From Candidatus Methanophagaceae archaeon GoMg1 (GTDB taxonomy: Archaea; Halobacteriota; Syntropharchaeia; Alkanophagales; Methanospirareceae), in assembly GCA_013180605.1 (NCBI GenBank), contig QBUL01000189.1, positions 2,483-66,482 of the forward strand: a DNA stretch of 64,000 bases. The letters are read 5' to 3'. This document shows, piece by piece, positions 1-9,722 of the stretch. The position numbers and the translations under genes are program-made. The notes beneath the pieces are model-generated. The model had not been told where the DNA came from and did no database searches. It saw only the letters and a list, made by a program, of their open reading frames with translations. Every line of letters begins with the position of its first letter. The stretch's first letter is position 1.

Positions 1-400
1 GAGGTTGTATTCCCGCAGGCTTAGCTATGAGGTGAAAAGGGGTGAGAAGGCTTCTATATCGCTGACTGCTTCGAATGCTGGTAAGGGCGGTACGATAACG
101 AATATAAAACCTGAGATAAGCGCTCCAGAGGGCTGGACTGCAACGATAAATCCCAAAGAGGTGACAAGTTTGAAACCTGGTGAGAGCGAGACTTTTACGA
201 TGAAAATAACGCCTCCCGGGGATATTACGCCCAGCGATTACAAGGTGACGGTGAAGATTAAAAGCGACCAACTGGAGGAGGAGGAGGATTTTAGAATAAT
301 CGTCGAGGAATCGTCTAATGTAGCCCTCTATGGCACGGTGATCATCGTTATAGTGATACTGGCTTTGGCTTTTATGTTCAGGAAGTATGGGAGGCGGTGA
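1..400 (+). CDS. 3' part of a gene for a COG1361/CARDB-like cell-surface protein with a C-terminal TM anchor; the gene appears to begin upstream of the window
   Basis: ORF runs from the window edge. The motif 'KPGESETFTMKITPPGDITPSDYKVTVKIKS' resembles the N-terminal domain of the 4042..5325 protein. It ends with a hydrophobic helix and a basic tail (RKYGRR). Confidence 0.45.
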   Translation, partial: RLYSRRLSYEVKRGEKASISLTASNAGKGGTITNIKPEISAPEGWTATINPKEVTSLKPGESETFTMKITPPGDITPSDYKVTVKIKSDQLEEEEDFRIIVEESSNVALYGTVIIVIVILALAFMFRKYGRR

Positions 401-693
401 TCCATCGTCTCGGCTATTCCTCACTCTTCACTTCAACAAAACCACATTTCCCGTTCCTCTCCTTCTCCGCTCTGCCAATCCTTTACTTTCAAGTAAATCC
501 AACGACCTGCTGACATTTGCTTTTGGCAGCCCGGTTTTCTCCACTATTTCGCTCTGCTCGATAATTCCATCCGATTCAAGAATCGTTTCGTATATCTATT
601 TCATCAAAGTAAATTATAGACACAGATTAACGCAGATTGCGAAACGAAAAAGTTTTTTTTGTGAGTAGGAGGAAGAGTTATAAAACATAAGAT

Positions 694-1701
694 ATGAAAC
701 TGGCATCCGCTTCGGGAAATTTGGAGGTAATTGGACTGGGCGCCTTGAATTACGATGTTTTATATGCCGTTGAGCGCATAGCGAAAGGAGGCGAGGAGGT
801 AGGGATTACGGATGTGAAAAAGGCGCCTGGGGGTTCTGCAGCAAATACAATCGTTGCTTTAGCACGGTTAGGCGTTGATGCGGGTTTCGTTGGCACGGTA
901 GGTAACGATGAAGAAGGCAAACGGATTCTGGAAGACCTTAGGGAAGAAGGGGTGGAGATAAGGATAAAAAAACGTGAAGGTTACACAGGCTCCGCAGTAG
1001 CGTTCGTTGATGCCCGGGGAGAACGAGCACTTTATATCCTTCCCGGTGTGAATGCCCAACTGTGCACAGACGATATAGACCGTGAATTTGTGAACCACGC
1101 GAAATTTCTACACACGAGTTCGTTTGTAAACCGAGAGCAGTTGGAAACGCAGCGTGAATTGGCGAAGCGCATACACAACAAGACAAAACTCAGTTTTAGT
1201 CCCGGTATGCTCTGTTTCAAATACGAACTTGACGATTTGACCGAGCTAATAGAACGAAGCGAAGTGGTTTTTATCAGTGCTGATGAATTGAAATCGGTGA
1301 TAAAGGATACGAACTACGAAAAAGGTGCAGAATTTCTTTTGGACGTCGGTGCCCGGATTGTCTGTGTGACGCTGGGCAGGAAAGGCTGTTATGTCGCTGA
1401 TAGCAGCACGGGAGAATCGCATTTGATAGATGCTTATCCAACGGATGTGGTGGACACGACAGGTGCAGGGGACGCATTCGCAGCAGGATTCTTGTTTGCG
1501 TTGCTGCGTGATAAGAGCCTATACGAAAGTGGAAAGGCGGGCAATTTAGTTGCTTCGCTCTGTATACGCGAATATGGCGGTAGAAAAGGATTGCCTTACA
1601 AGAAATTTATCCCCGCAACGCTACAAAAAGGAGTGAAAAAAAATAAATCGTTGACACAGATTAACGCTTGTGGGCTCTGCCCACATTCCCGCAAGCCCTG
1701 A
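694..1701 (+). CDS. PfkB/ribokinase-family sugar kinase
   Basis: Gly-rich N-terminal motif 'KKAPGGSAANTIVALARLG' and C-terminal 'DTTGAGDAFAAGFL' are PfkB signatures. The last ~20 codons (…KSLTQINACGLCPHSRKP) are encoded by a repeat element (see finding on repeat-encoded C-termini). Confidence 0.8.
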   Translation: MKLASASGNLEVIGLGALNYDVLYAVERIAKGGEEVGITDVKKAPGGSAANTIVALARLGVDAGFVGTVGNDEEGKRILEDLREEGVEIRIKKREGYTGSAVAFVDARGERALYILPGVNAQLCTDDIDREFVNHAKFLHTSSFVNREQLETQRELAKRIHNKTKLSFSPGMLCFKYELDDLTELIERSEVVFISADELKSVIKDTNYEKGAEFLLDVGARIVCVTLGRKGCYVADSSTGESHLIDAYPTDVVDTTGAGDAFAAGFLFALLRDKSLYESGKAGNLVASLCIREYGGRKGLPYKKFIPATLQKGVKKNKSLTQINACGLCPHSRKP

Positions 1702-1830
1702 AAGGGCTTAATTAACACAGATAAAAGGAGCTATACCGTTAAAAATAGCCCAACCCAGCCCAGCAAAAGAAAAAATCAGTGTGAATCTGTGTCTTAAATA
1801 GAAGGAAGTTATACATTATATGCAATAATA
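1637..1830 (+). repeat. Variant copy of the CAGATTAAC promoter cassette. It contains an internal 'gctctgcccacattcccgcaagccctgaaagggcttaattaa' hairpin module and ends in the conserved extended promoter motif AAATAGAAGGAAGTTATACATTATAT.
   Basis: Near-identical cassettes at 9586-9720 and 13766-13880. The hairpin module reappears inverted at 13062-13110. Confidence 0.8.
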
Positions 1831-1887
1831 AAGCAATAAATTCTTATACCCCTAAAGCAAGAAGCTATTTTAGGAAGGTCTTATAAA

Positions 1888-3270
1888 ATGCGCGAGTATG
1901 CAGGCGTAGGTGGTGGCGAAGGCGAAAGCATAGTACAAAAGGCGCGGATGGCAAACAGCGCTGCGGTTAAATTGGCTAATGCCACAACGGATGAGAAAAA
2001 CCGGGCACTGCGCAGGATCGCGGATTTGGTGGACATGAACATGGAGCGAATACTTGCGGCTAATGATAAGGACGTTGAAGTTGCGTTGGGCTTAACAAAG
2101 GCAGGGAAAATGTCCACATCACTACTCAAAAGGTTGAAATTAGACAGCGCTAAAATAGACGAGATAATAAAAAGTGTGCAGGACGTAGCGAAATTGGATG
2201 ACCCGGTTGGCAAAACCATGTCGGCGATAGAACTGGATACGGGGCTGGAACTTTTTCAGGTTTCCTGCCCTATCGGTGTTATCGGTGCGATATTCGAATC
2301 ACGACCTGACGTTCTGGTTCAGATTTCCTCGCTGTGTTTGAAAACGGGCAATGCCGTAATGCTAAAAGGCGGCTCAGAAGCACAGAATTCGAACGAGGTG
2401 CTATTTGAGGTGGTTTCAGAAGCCGCATCAGCGACAGAGGGAATACCCGATGGCTGGATTCAACTGCTGGAAACGCGAGAAGAAGTAAATGAAATGTTAA
2501 AACTAAATGAATACATAGACCTTTTGGTGCCGCGTGGCAGCGAACAATTTGTGAAGTATATCCAAAATAACACTAATATAATGGTCTTAGGGCATTCGGA
2601 GGGTGTGTGTCACGTTTATGTTGACCGTGATGCGGACCTGAATATGGCAGAAGACATATGCTACGATGCTAAGGTTCAGTACCCTGCGGTATGCAATGCT
2701 GCTGAGACGCTGCTTGTTGATTCGCCGATTGCTGCTGCTTTTTTACCTCCTATGATAGACAGGTATCGGCAGGCAGGGGTGGAGGTCCGGGGCTGTTCAA
2801 AAACGCTGGAACTTTTAGCGAGCGGTGAACACAACGAGAAACAGAGACATAAAATAAAGCGTGCATCAGAAGAAGACTGGCATACTGAGTATAACGATTT
2901 AATCATTTCAATCAAAGTAGTTGATGGTGTGGATGAGGCTATTGAGCACATCAATCGCTACGGTTCGGGACATACGGATGCGATTGTTACCGCGAATAAA
3001 GAAACAGCGTTAAAATTTATGCGGTTTGTGGATTCATCTTCGGTAATGCATAATGCGTCAACACGGTTCAGTGACGGATTCAGATATGGCAAAGGTGCCG
3101 AAGTAGGCATAAGCACGAATAAAGTGCACGCACGCGGTCCTGTCGGATTAGAGGGGTTAGTTATCTATAAGTATCTAATTGTCGGTAAGGGGCATGTAGT
3201 GGCTCCGTACACAGGTTCTCATGCGAAAGCATTTACACATAAACCCATGTCAAAACAGTTTTATCTTTAA
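1888..3270 (+). CDS. proA: gamma-glutamyl phosphate reductase (glutamate-5-semialdehyde dehydrogenase)
   Basis: Collinear with ProA throughout: 'EKNRALRRIADLVD', 'GVIGAIFESRPDVLVQISSLCLKTGNAVMLKGG', 'NASTRFSDGFRYGKGAEVGISTNKVHARGPVGLEGL'. An alternative start is the Met at 1948 (MANSAAVK). Confidence 0.85.
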   Translation: MREYAGVGGGEGESIVQKARMANSAAVKLANATTDEKNRALRRIADLVDMNMERILAANDKDVEVALGLTKAGKMSTSLLKRLKLDSAKIDEIIKSVQDVAKLDDPVGKTMSAIELDTGLELFQVSCPIGVIGAIFESRPDVLVQISSLCLKTGNAVMLKGGSEAQNSNEVLFEVVSEAASATEGIPDGWIQLLETREEVNEMLKLNEYIDLLVPRGSEQFVKYIQNNTNIMVLGHSEGVCHVYVDRDADLNMAEDICYDAKVQYPAVCNAAETLLVDSPIAAAFLPPMIDRYRQAGVEVRGCSKTLELLASGEHNEKQRHKIKRASEEDWHTEYNDLIISIKVVDGVDEAIEHINRYGSGHTDAIVTANKETALKFMRFVDSSSVMHNASTRFSDGFRYGKGAEVGISTNKVHARGPVGLEGLVIYKYLIVGKGHVVAPYTGSHAKAFTHKPMSKQFYL

Positions 3271-3342
3271 GAAATTTAAATATGCGCTTTCATATATTTT
3301 GTAATATACTGAAAGTTCAGAAAATCCCGAAAAAGAAGAAAG

Positions 3343-3840
3343 GTGGGAAAAATGACGGAATCATCTAAAAACGAATTTATAGAACTTATCGCGGAAAACA
3401 GTAAAGTCAACGGTCTTGATGAGCTATCATCAAAGATCATCGGTATCCTGTTTATAGAACCGGAAGAAGTCGCTCTCGACGAACTGGCGAATAGAACAGG
3501 CTATAGCCTATCCGCAGTAAGCACAGCACTGAAGTTTATAGAAAGAGCAGGAATAGTGAAAAGGTCAAAGAAACCAAAATCAAAAAAGGTGTATTTCTAC
3601 ATGGGGAAGGATATATTGGCTATGTTCCTACAAATCATGAGGAGAAAATACGAAAAGATCATATTGCCATCAAAACAAAAACTACCAAAAATAATTGAGA
3701 AGTATAAACAGGAAAGCACAAAAGAGTCGGAAGAGGAGTTAGGAATTGTAGAAAATTATTACAAAGAGCTATTATTTTTTGAACAAATATTAAAAGAATT
3801 TATTGAGACGTTTGAGCAGTATGAGGTAAACAAAAAATGA
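3343..3840 (+). CDS. Winged-HTH transcriptional regulator (MarR/GbsR-like); first gene of the surface-protein/ABC exporter cluster
   Basis: The 'DELANRTGYSLSAVSTALKFIERAGIVKR' HTH-wing pattern; followed by a Lys/Glu-rich coiled region. Confidence 0.5.
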   Translation: MGKMTESSKNEFIELIAENSKVNGLDELSSKIIGILFIEPEEVALDELANRTGYSLSAVSTALKFIERAGIVKRSKKPKSKKVYFYMGKDILAMFLQIMRRKYEKIILPSKQKLPKIIEKYKQESTKESEEELGIVENYYKELLFFEQILKEFIETFEQYEVNKK

Positions 3841-3856
3841 TGAAAAAGGAGGTGTT

Positions 3857-4045
3857 GTGGAAAAAATGTATAAAAAATTTTTAGTAGAAATGAAAATACC
3901 AACAGAAGAAGTCGAAAATGTAGATGAACTTGTTAGAGAGGGCTATTATGGGAGAGACGTAATCTACGATATAATCAGACGTAGAGCGACACAACTCAGA
4001 CCAAGACGTTGGTTTGTTAAAGCAGAAGGAGGTAATATTATATGA
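3857..4045 (+). CDS. Small hypothetical protein (62 aa), possibly a ribbon-helix-helix-like partner of the regulator
   Basis: Short ORF preceded by GGAGGTG and ending in ATGA, which overlaps the next gene's start codon. Confidence 0.3.
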   Translation: MEKMYKKFLVEMKIPTEEVENVDELVREGYYGRDVIYDIIRRRATQLRPRRWFVKAEGGNII

Positions 4046-5325
4046 TGAGCAAGAAAGACGTCTTTGCGATGGGTTTGGCTGTGGCATCTCTGTTGCTGCT
4101 TGCAACCGCCTCAGTATCCTCAGCTGAGGGTCCTGCCGTTATGATTACAAATTACACGGTGGAGCCAGAAGTCTTGATGCCCGGCGACACCGGCTCTATC
4201 ACAGTCACGATAAAAAACATGGACACTCTGTCATCAGAGACCGAGAGGACTACTACCGGAAAATTTTCTACATCCGAAACCACAACGACATCAACGAGTA
4301 GTATAAGTGCAGAAATAGAAACTATACGGCTGAGTAGCAGAAGCAGAGAGATAGAATGGTTGAGAGAAAGTGTTCAACGCACCGAATACTACAACGTGGG
4401 TGCTTTGGGACCTGATGAAAGCATAAAAATCTCATTACCGATAAAAGCTGCTGCCTCTGCCCATGACGGCACGTATTTCCCTGAAGTCTACATAGAAGTG
4501 GACAATGGAAAAAACGTGCGGTTTCCTGTCCGTGTAAAAGTAGACAGCAGTGAGGTGGAAATACTTGAGAAAGATATCCCTTCAGAGATTTCGCTCAGTG
4601 AGTCAAAGCAGATAGCGATAGTGGTGGCGAATAACAGACCTAATTCAGTGAGAGGTGTGAATGTGGAAGTAAAATCAAAAAGTGGCGGTTTAGAATTCAC
4701 GCCCGATGGAATATACATCGGTAATTTGGAAGCGTATGAACAAAGAGCGCTGAATTTTACGCTTACCCCTCTTTTCGAAGGGGATAACGACATCTATTTC
4801 GAAGCCGATTACAAAAATGGTGATAATGAGCATCACAGTGCGTTTACATCGTATGTATTGGTAAAGAGCACCGCAGATGTGAGGCTTATCCTGGTGAATG
4901 CACCGGAATTTGTTTTTAAAGGTGACGTCACGAGGATAGACTTTGACGTGGCTAATGGAATGGCAAAGGATATCAAAGCGGTGTCCGTGATGCCAGCGAT
5001 AGAAGGGCTCAGAATACTGCCTTCTGAATATTTCATCGGGGACATGGAAGTAGGTGACGTCTTTTCTGCTTCTTTTGACGTTTATACCACCGATTTGAGC
5101 ATTGGAGATACCACAATACCCTTTACAGTGGTGTTCAAAGATGTTGACACGGACAAGCAATACGAAATGCAAGGTTACGAGGTGCATGTAGAGATACGAG
5201 AACCGCAGAAGAGTGTGTTACCGAATCCGGTGCTCATAGGTGCACTGGTTGCCATTCTTGTCTCTGTCGCTGTGGTTATCTGGGTAAGGGTAAAGCGAAA
5301 GCGGGGAAGGCGTGAGAAGAAATAA
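4042..5325 (+). CDS. Cell-surface protein (COG1361/CARDB-like repeats) with signal peptide and C-terminal TM anchor plus a basic tail
   Basis: N-terminal signal 'MGLAVASLLLLATASVSSAEG'. Ser/Thr-rich linker 'TTTGKFSTSETTTTSTSS'. C-terminus 'LIGALVAILVSVAVVIWVRVKRKRGRREKK'. This is the classic partner of MacB-like ABC systems in archaea. Confidence 0.6.
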   Translation: MMSKKDVFAMGLAVASLLLLATASVSSAEGPAVMITNYTVEPEVLMPGDTGSITVTIKNMDTLSSETERTTTGKFSTSETTTTSTSSISAEIETIRLSSRSREIEWLRESVQRTEYYNVGALGPDESIKISLPIKAAASAHDGTYFPEVYIEVDNGKNVRFPVRVKVDSSEVEILEKDIPSEISLSESKQIAIVVANNRPNSVRGVNVEVKSKSGGLEFTPDGIYIGNLEAYEQRALNFTLTPLFEGDNDIYFEADYKNGDNEHHSAFTSYVLVKSTADVRLILVNAPEFVFKGDVTRIDFDVANGMAKDIKAVSVMPAIEGLRILPSEYFIGDMEVGDVFSASFDVYTTDLSIGDTTIPFTVVFKDVDTDKQYEMQGYEVHVEIREPQKSVLPNPVLIGALVAILVSVAVVIWVRVKRKRGRREKK

Positions 5326-5352
5326 AAAGCGAAGGATAAGAAAGAGTAATAA

Positions 5353-6015
<663 letters not shown>

Positions 6016-6018
6016 GCA

Positions 6019-7209
6019 ATGAGAGATAAATTACTTATGGCGTACCGGAGCATAAGGGAAAGACGAACTCGCTCGATACTCACCGTGCTGGGTATCGCGG
6101 TGGGAATAGCGGCTATCGTTTCTTTGATGAGCGTTGGCTATGGTATGGAGGAGGCGATAACAGGTGAATTGACGGGGTATGCTGATTTCATCGGGGTGTT
6201 TCCAGCAAAAATAACTGGTACGACCTACGTGGAACTGGGGAGTTTTACTGATAGAGATTTAAAAGACGTGCAGCGGATAGGCGGTATAAAGGAGTTCTCG
6301 GCAATGACGTTCGACTCCGCAGAAGTGGAATACAGGAACAAAAGAGTGCCCATTTTTTTCATCAGTGGTGATACTAAGGAGCTGGAGAGCATGTATGTGG
6401 AGCCCGTAGGGCTCAAGGAAGGGCGGTGGCTCAGAGAGAATGATTATAAAGGCTGCGTCATTGGAGACCGGGTAGCCAATGACTACTTCGATGAAGTTGT
6501 ACACGTGAACGATAAGCTGATAATAAACGGCGAGAAATTTATTGTCGTTGGTGTTTTTGAAAAGGCAAGCACGCTGTATGCCTCTGACATAGATCCTTAT
6601 ATTTTCCTCACGTTGCGTGCTACAAAGGAAGCTCTGCAAACTGATGAGATAAATTACATCATGGTACGGGTCTATGACATAGAGGAAGCGGAAGAGATAG
6701 CAGAGGAGATCAAGGAAGCGATAAATGACAATCATGGACTCGATGATTTCGCCAACGCAATGACGATGGGTAGCATGATAGAAATGATGGGGGATGTTTT
6801 TAATATTATACGTGGCGTTCTGGTTGGAATAGCGGCAATTGCACTCGTTGTTGCATCCATTGGTATCATGAACACGATGTTGATGTCTGTAATGGAGCGT
6901 ACGCATGAGATCGGTGTGATGAAGGCAATCGGTGCGAAGAGCAGCGATGTCCTCTCTCTTTTCCTATTAGAATCGAGTATGGTGAGTCTGGTGGGCGGTG
7001 TGGTTGGCTGTGTACTGGGCGCTGTGGCGGCGAAAGTCATCAGTCTCGGTGCAGGCACTGCATTGGGGATTGAATTTGGTGCGGTTGTAAAACCCGAAGT
7101 GTTACTTGGCGGCATGGTAGTTGCAATGGTTGTGGGCGTTCTAGCAGGGTTCTATCCCGCGCGTAAGGCGTCAAGAATGAGTCCGGTCGAAGCGGTGAGG
7201 CACGAATAA
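6019..7209 (+). CDS. ABC transporter permease, FtsX/MacB-like (N-terminal TM, large extracytoplasmic domain, C-terminal 3-TM FtsX module)
   Basis: 'NTMLMSVMERTHEIGVMKAIGA' FtsX motif; C-terminal 'PARKASRMSPVEAVRHE'. Confidence 0.85.
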   Translation: MRDKLLMAYRSIRERRTRSILTVLGIAVGIAAIVSLMSVGYGMEEAITGELTGYADFIGVFPAKITGTTYVELGSFTDRDLKDVQRIGGIKEFSAMTFDSAEVEYRNKRVPIFFISGDTKELESMYVEPVGLKEGRWLRENDYKGCVIGDRVANDYFDEVVHVNDKLIINGEKFIVVGVFEKASTLYASDIDPYIFLTLRATKEALQTDEINYIMVRVYDIEEAEEIAEEIKEAINDNHGLDDFANAMTMGSMIEMMGDVFNIIRGVLVGIAAIALVVASIGIMNTMLMSVMERTHEIGVMKAIGAKSSDVLSLFLLESSMVSLVGGVVGCVLGAVAAKVISLGAGTALGIEFGAVVKPEVLLGGMVVAMVVGVLAGFYPARKASRMSPVEAVRHE

Positions 7210-7236
7210 ACCTTCTTTCTAAAGAAAGAAGCTTTA
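7203..7236 (+). terminator. Perfect palindrome CTTCTTTCTAAAGAAAGAAG immediately after the permease stop codon
   Basis: Seen directly. The same hairpin family recurs at 8466-8530 and 54797-54835. Confidence 0.5.
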
Positions 7237-7279
7237 TCAAGAAAGATTGTTTTTGCAAAGCAAAAAAGGGTGTTGAGCA

Positions 7280-8467
7280 ATGAAGGATGCATTTCTGTTA
7301 GTATATAGGAACATGAAGGAGCGAAAAGCTCGGTCTGCACTCACGGTACTGGGTATTATGGTGGGCATAGGCGCCGTAATCGCATTAATGTCCGTTGGCT
7401 ACGGGATGCAGGAATCAATAACAGGTCAGCTCGTTGAGATGGCAGATGTCATTATGGTAATGCCGATGAGGATGGAATTAGGCAGCATTGGCGCATTTGG
7501 CAGCTTTACCGACCGTGATCAGGAAGCGGTGAGGCGGATAGGAGGTATAAAAGATGCTGTGGCAATGAGAGGCGAGATGGAAGAAGTAGAATACAAGGGC
7601 GAAAAGTTCATGGTGCATGTCATTGGTACAGACCCCAAAGATGTAGGTGCGCTATTTGGAGCGATAGTGAAGCCAGAAGAGGGAAGATACTCAAAGGCAA
7701 ACGACCACAAAACATGCACCATCGGGTACAGCATTGCTAATGATTACTTCGATGACGAGATTGGAGTTAACGATAGGCTCACGATAAATGGCAGTAAGTT
7801 CAGGGTCGTTGGGGTATTGGAGAAGCAAGGAGGGTTCAGGTCCGAAACGGATTCGGAGATATACGTAACGGCACGAGATTCGGTGAGTATTCTCGATAAC
7901 GAGGATATTTCGGAAATCTTCGTGCGTGTGCGGAATATAGGCGAAGCGGAGGAGATAGCGACGGAGATAGAGGAGCGGATAGATGACAATCACAAGCTGG
8001 ACGATTTTACGTCTGCAATGACAATGGGAAGCGCGATAGAGCAGATGGAGTCCATCTTCGGGATATTGCAAGCGGTTTTAATCGCCATCGCGTCTATTTC
8101 ACTTATCGTTGCTGCAATGGGGATAATGAACACGATATTGATGTCGGTGATGGAGCGTACGCATGAGATTGGCGTGATGAAAGCAATCGGCGCGAAGAAC
8201 AGGAATATTCTTTTTCTGTTCTTACTCGAAGCTGGAGTAGTGAGTGCAATAGGAGGCGTGTGTGGCTGTATTTTCGGCGTGATTGGCGCTCATGCTATAA
8301 GTTTCGGTATACATACGGCGTTTGACGTGGAAATCGCAGCGATTGTGAAACCCGAAGTTCTGCTCGGTGCGGTAGTGGTTGCGATGCTTGTGGGTATTCT
8401 ATCCGGGTTGTATCCCGCGAGGAAAGCGTCAAAGATGAGTCCTGTTGAGGCGGTGAGGTATGAGTAA
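7280..8467 (+). CDS. ABC transporter permease, FtsX/MacB-like (paralog of the preceding gene)
   Basis: Collinear paralog: 'NTILMSVMERTHEIGVMKAIGAKN' and 'PARKASKMSPVEAVRYE'. Confidence 0.85.
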   Translation: MKDAFLLVYRNMKERKARSALTVLGIMVGIGAVIALMSVGYGMQESITGQLVEMADVIMVMPMRMELGSIGAFGSFTDRDQEAVRRIGGIKDAVAMRGEMEEVEYKGEKFMVHVIGTDPKDVGALFGAIVKPEEGRYSKANDHKTCTIGYSIANDYFDDEIGVNDRLTINGSKFRVVGVLEKQGGFRSETDSEIYVTARDSVSILDNEDISEIFVRVRNIGEAEEIATEIEERIDDNHKLDDFTSAMTMGSAIEQMESIFGILQAVLIAIASISLIVAAMGIMNTILMSVMERTHEIGVMKAIGAKNRNILFLFLLEAGVVSAIGGVCGCIFGVIGAHAISFGIHTAFDVEIAAIVKPEVLLGAVVVAMLVGILSGLYPARKASKMSPVEAVRYE

Positions 8468-8532
8468 ACAAACCGTCTTTCTAAAGAAAGAAGCTTTACC
8501 AACAACCTTTCTTTAAAAAAGAAAGCTTGACC
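8466..8532 (+). terminator. Two consecutive palindromic hairpins (CTTTCTAAAGAAAG and CTTTCTTTAAAAAAGAAAG), each followed by TTGACCAA
   Basis: Seen directly; same family as 7203-7236. Confidence 0.5.
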
Positions 8533-8796
8533 AAAGAAACAAGAGTATTTTTGCTTCGCAAAAACCACTTAAAGAGTTTTAGTAATCCATGTCAAAGAAA
8601 CCTGTTTTAGATCCAACCTTTTGCTTCTCTAATTATATAGCGGGGAAGGTATCGGAAAACCCGAAGGGGGTTTCTGATTGTTTTAGTGGATTACCTTCTG
8701 CGTACTCTGCGCTCTCCGCTGTAATAAATCGCAGACTATATTTTTAAATAGTACCCTTTATTACTATATAATGCATACATAGTTAACCAAACAAGA

Positions 8797-9507
8797 ATGA
8801 GGAAAATAGTGAACAAGCCACCAGACTTGAAACTGTTTCTGTTCTATGGATTAGTGCTTATACCAACGTTCTTTTTGTGCTGCTCGCGAAACGACATGGC
8901 TTTCTTCTTTGTTCTCGTGGCGATGCTTCTGACAAGCGTGATAGAGATACCCATCTACGGGCTTAGAACAAAGAAGCCAGGATATAGTGCGCTTGAGGCA
9001 GCGTGTATCGGTGATTTTTATGGCGTGCCAATATCAGAGGAGATGCAGGCAGACAATGGAAGGACATATAAAACACAGGTAACACTGAATGTCGGCGGCT
9101 TCATTATACCACTGCTTTTCTCAGTTTATCTGCTGCTGAACTATTCCACACTCTTGTTAGACATATCGCTGGCTATCTTGCTAATGGCTCTCTTTTCCTA
9201 CATGCTTTTAGAGGTAAAAGCAGGCGTGGGCATCGTAATTCCCAGTTACGTAGGTGTGTTTGCCATTCCTCTTGCATTTATACTCGCACCCGAAGTACAA
9301 GCCGAAGCACAAGCAGTGAATACGGCAATAGCGGGGTTGATATTTATACTGGCAATTTTTGGCATTCTATTGGGGCTGCTAATAGCGGTGGCAACACTGT
9401 CCAGAGAAGAAGTAGGAAGCGCTTTTTTTAATCTCGGTGGCATAGGCAGCTTTCAGCCCATATACCTTATCTCCATTCTGGCTTTGTTAATTGGAACCGT
9501 ACCGTAG
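8797..9507 (+). CDS. Polytopic membrane protein of unknown function
   Basis: 6-7 hydrophobic helices ('NVGGFIIPLLFSVYLLLNY'). No catalytic motif recognised. Confidence 0.45.
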   Translation: MRKIVNKPPDLKLFLFYGLVLIPTFFLCCSRNDMAFFFVLVAMLLTSVIEIPIYGLRTKKPGYSALEAACIGDFYGVPISEEMQADNGRTYKTQVTLNVGGFIIPLLFSVYLLLNYSTLLLDISLAILLMALFSYMLLEVKAGVGIVIPSYVGVFAIPLAFILAPEVQAEAQAVNTAIAGLIFILAIFGILLGLLIAVATLSREEVGSAFFNLGGIGSFQPIYLISILALLIGTVP

Positions 9508-9585
9508 CATAGCACAGCGCCGCATACTATCATGCACAAAATTCGTGGGATTTTTTAACAGACATCGAGAAAATAGACAAGAAAA

Positions 9586-9720
9586 AATAAATTGTTGACA
9601 CAGATTAACGCAGATTAACACAGACAGATGATAAAAATCAACACGGTTAAACTAAAATAAATCTGCGTAAATCAGTGTAAATCTGTGTCTTAAATAGAAA
9701 GAAGTTACACTTTATAACTA
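9586..9720 (+). promoter_or_regulatory. CAGATTAAC cassette, followed by a TAAATAGAAAGAAGTTACACTTTATAA promoter motif
   Basis: The element reads TTGACA-CAGATTAAC-g-CAGATTAAC-a-CAGA…AAATCTGCGTAAATCAGTGTAAATCTGTGTC. About 90% identical to 13766-13880. Confidence 0.8.
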
Positions 9721-9722
9721 CA

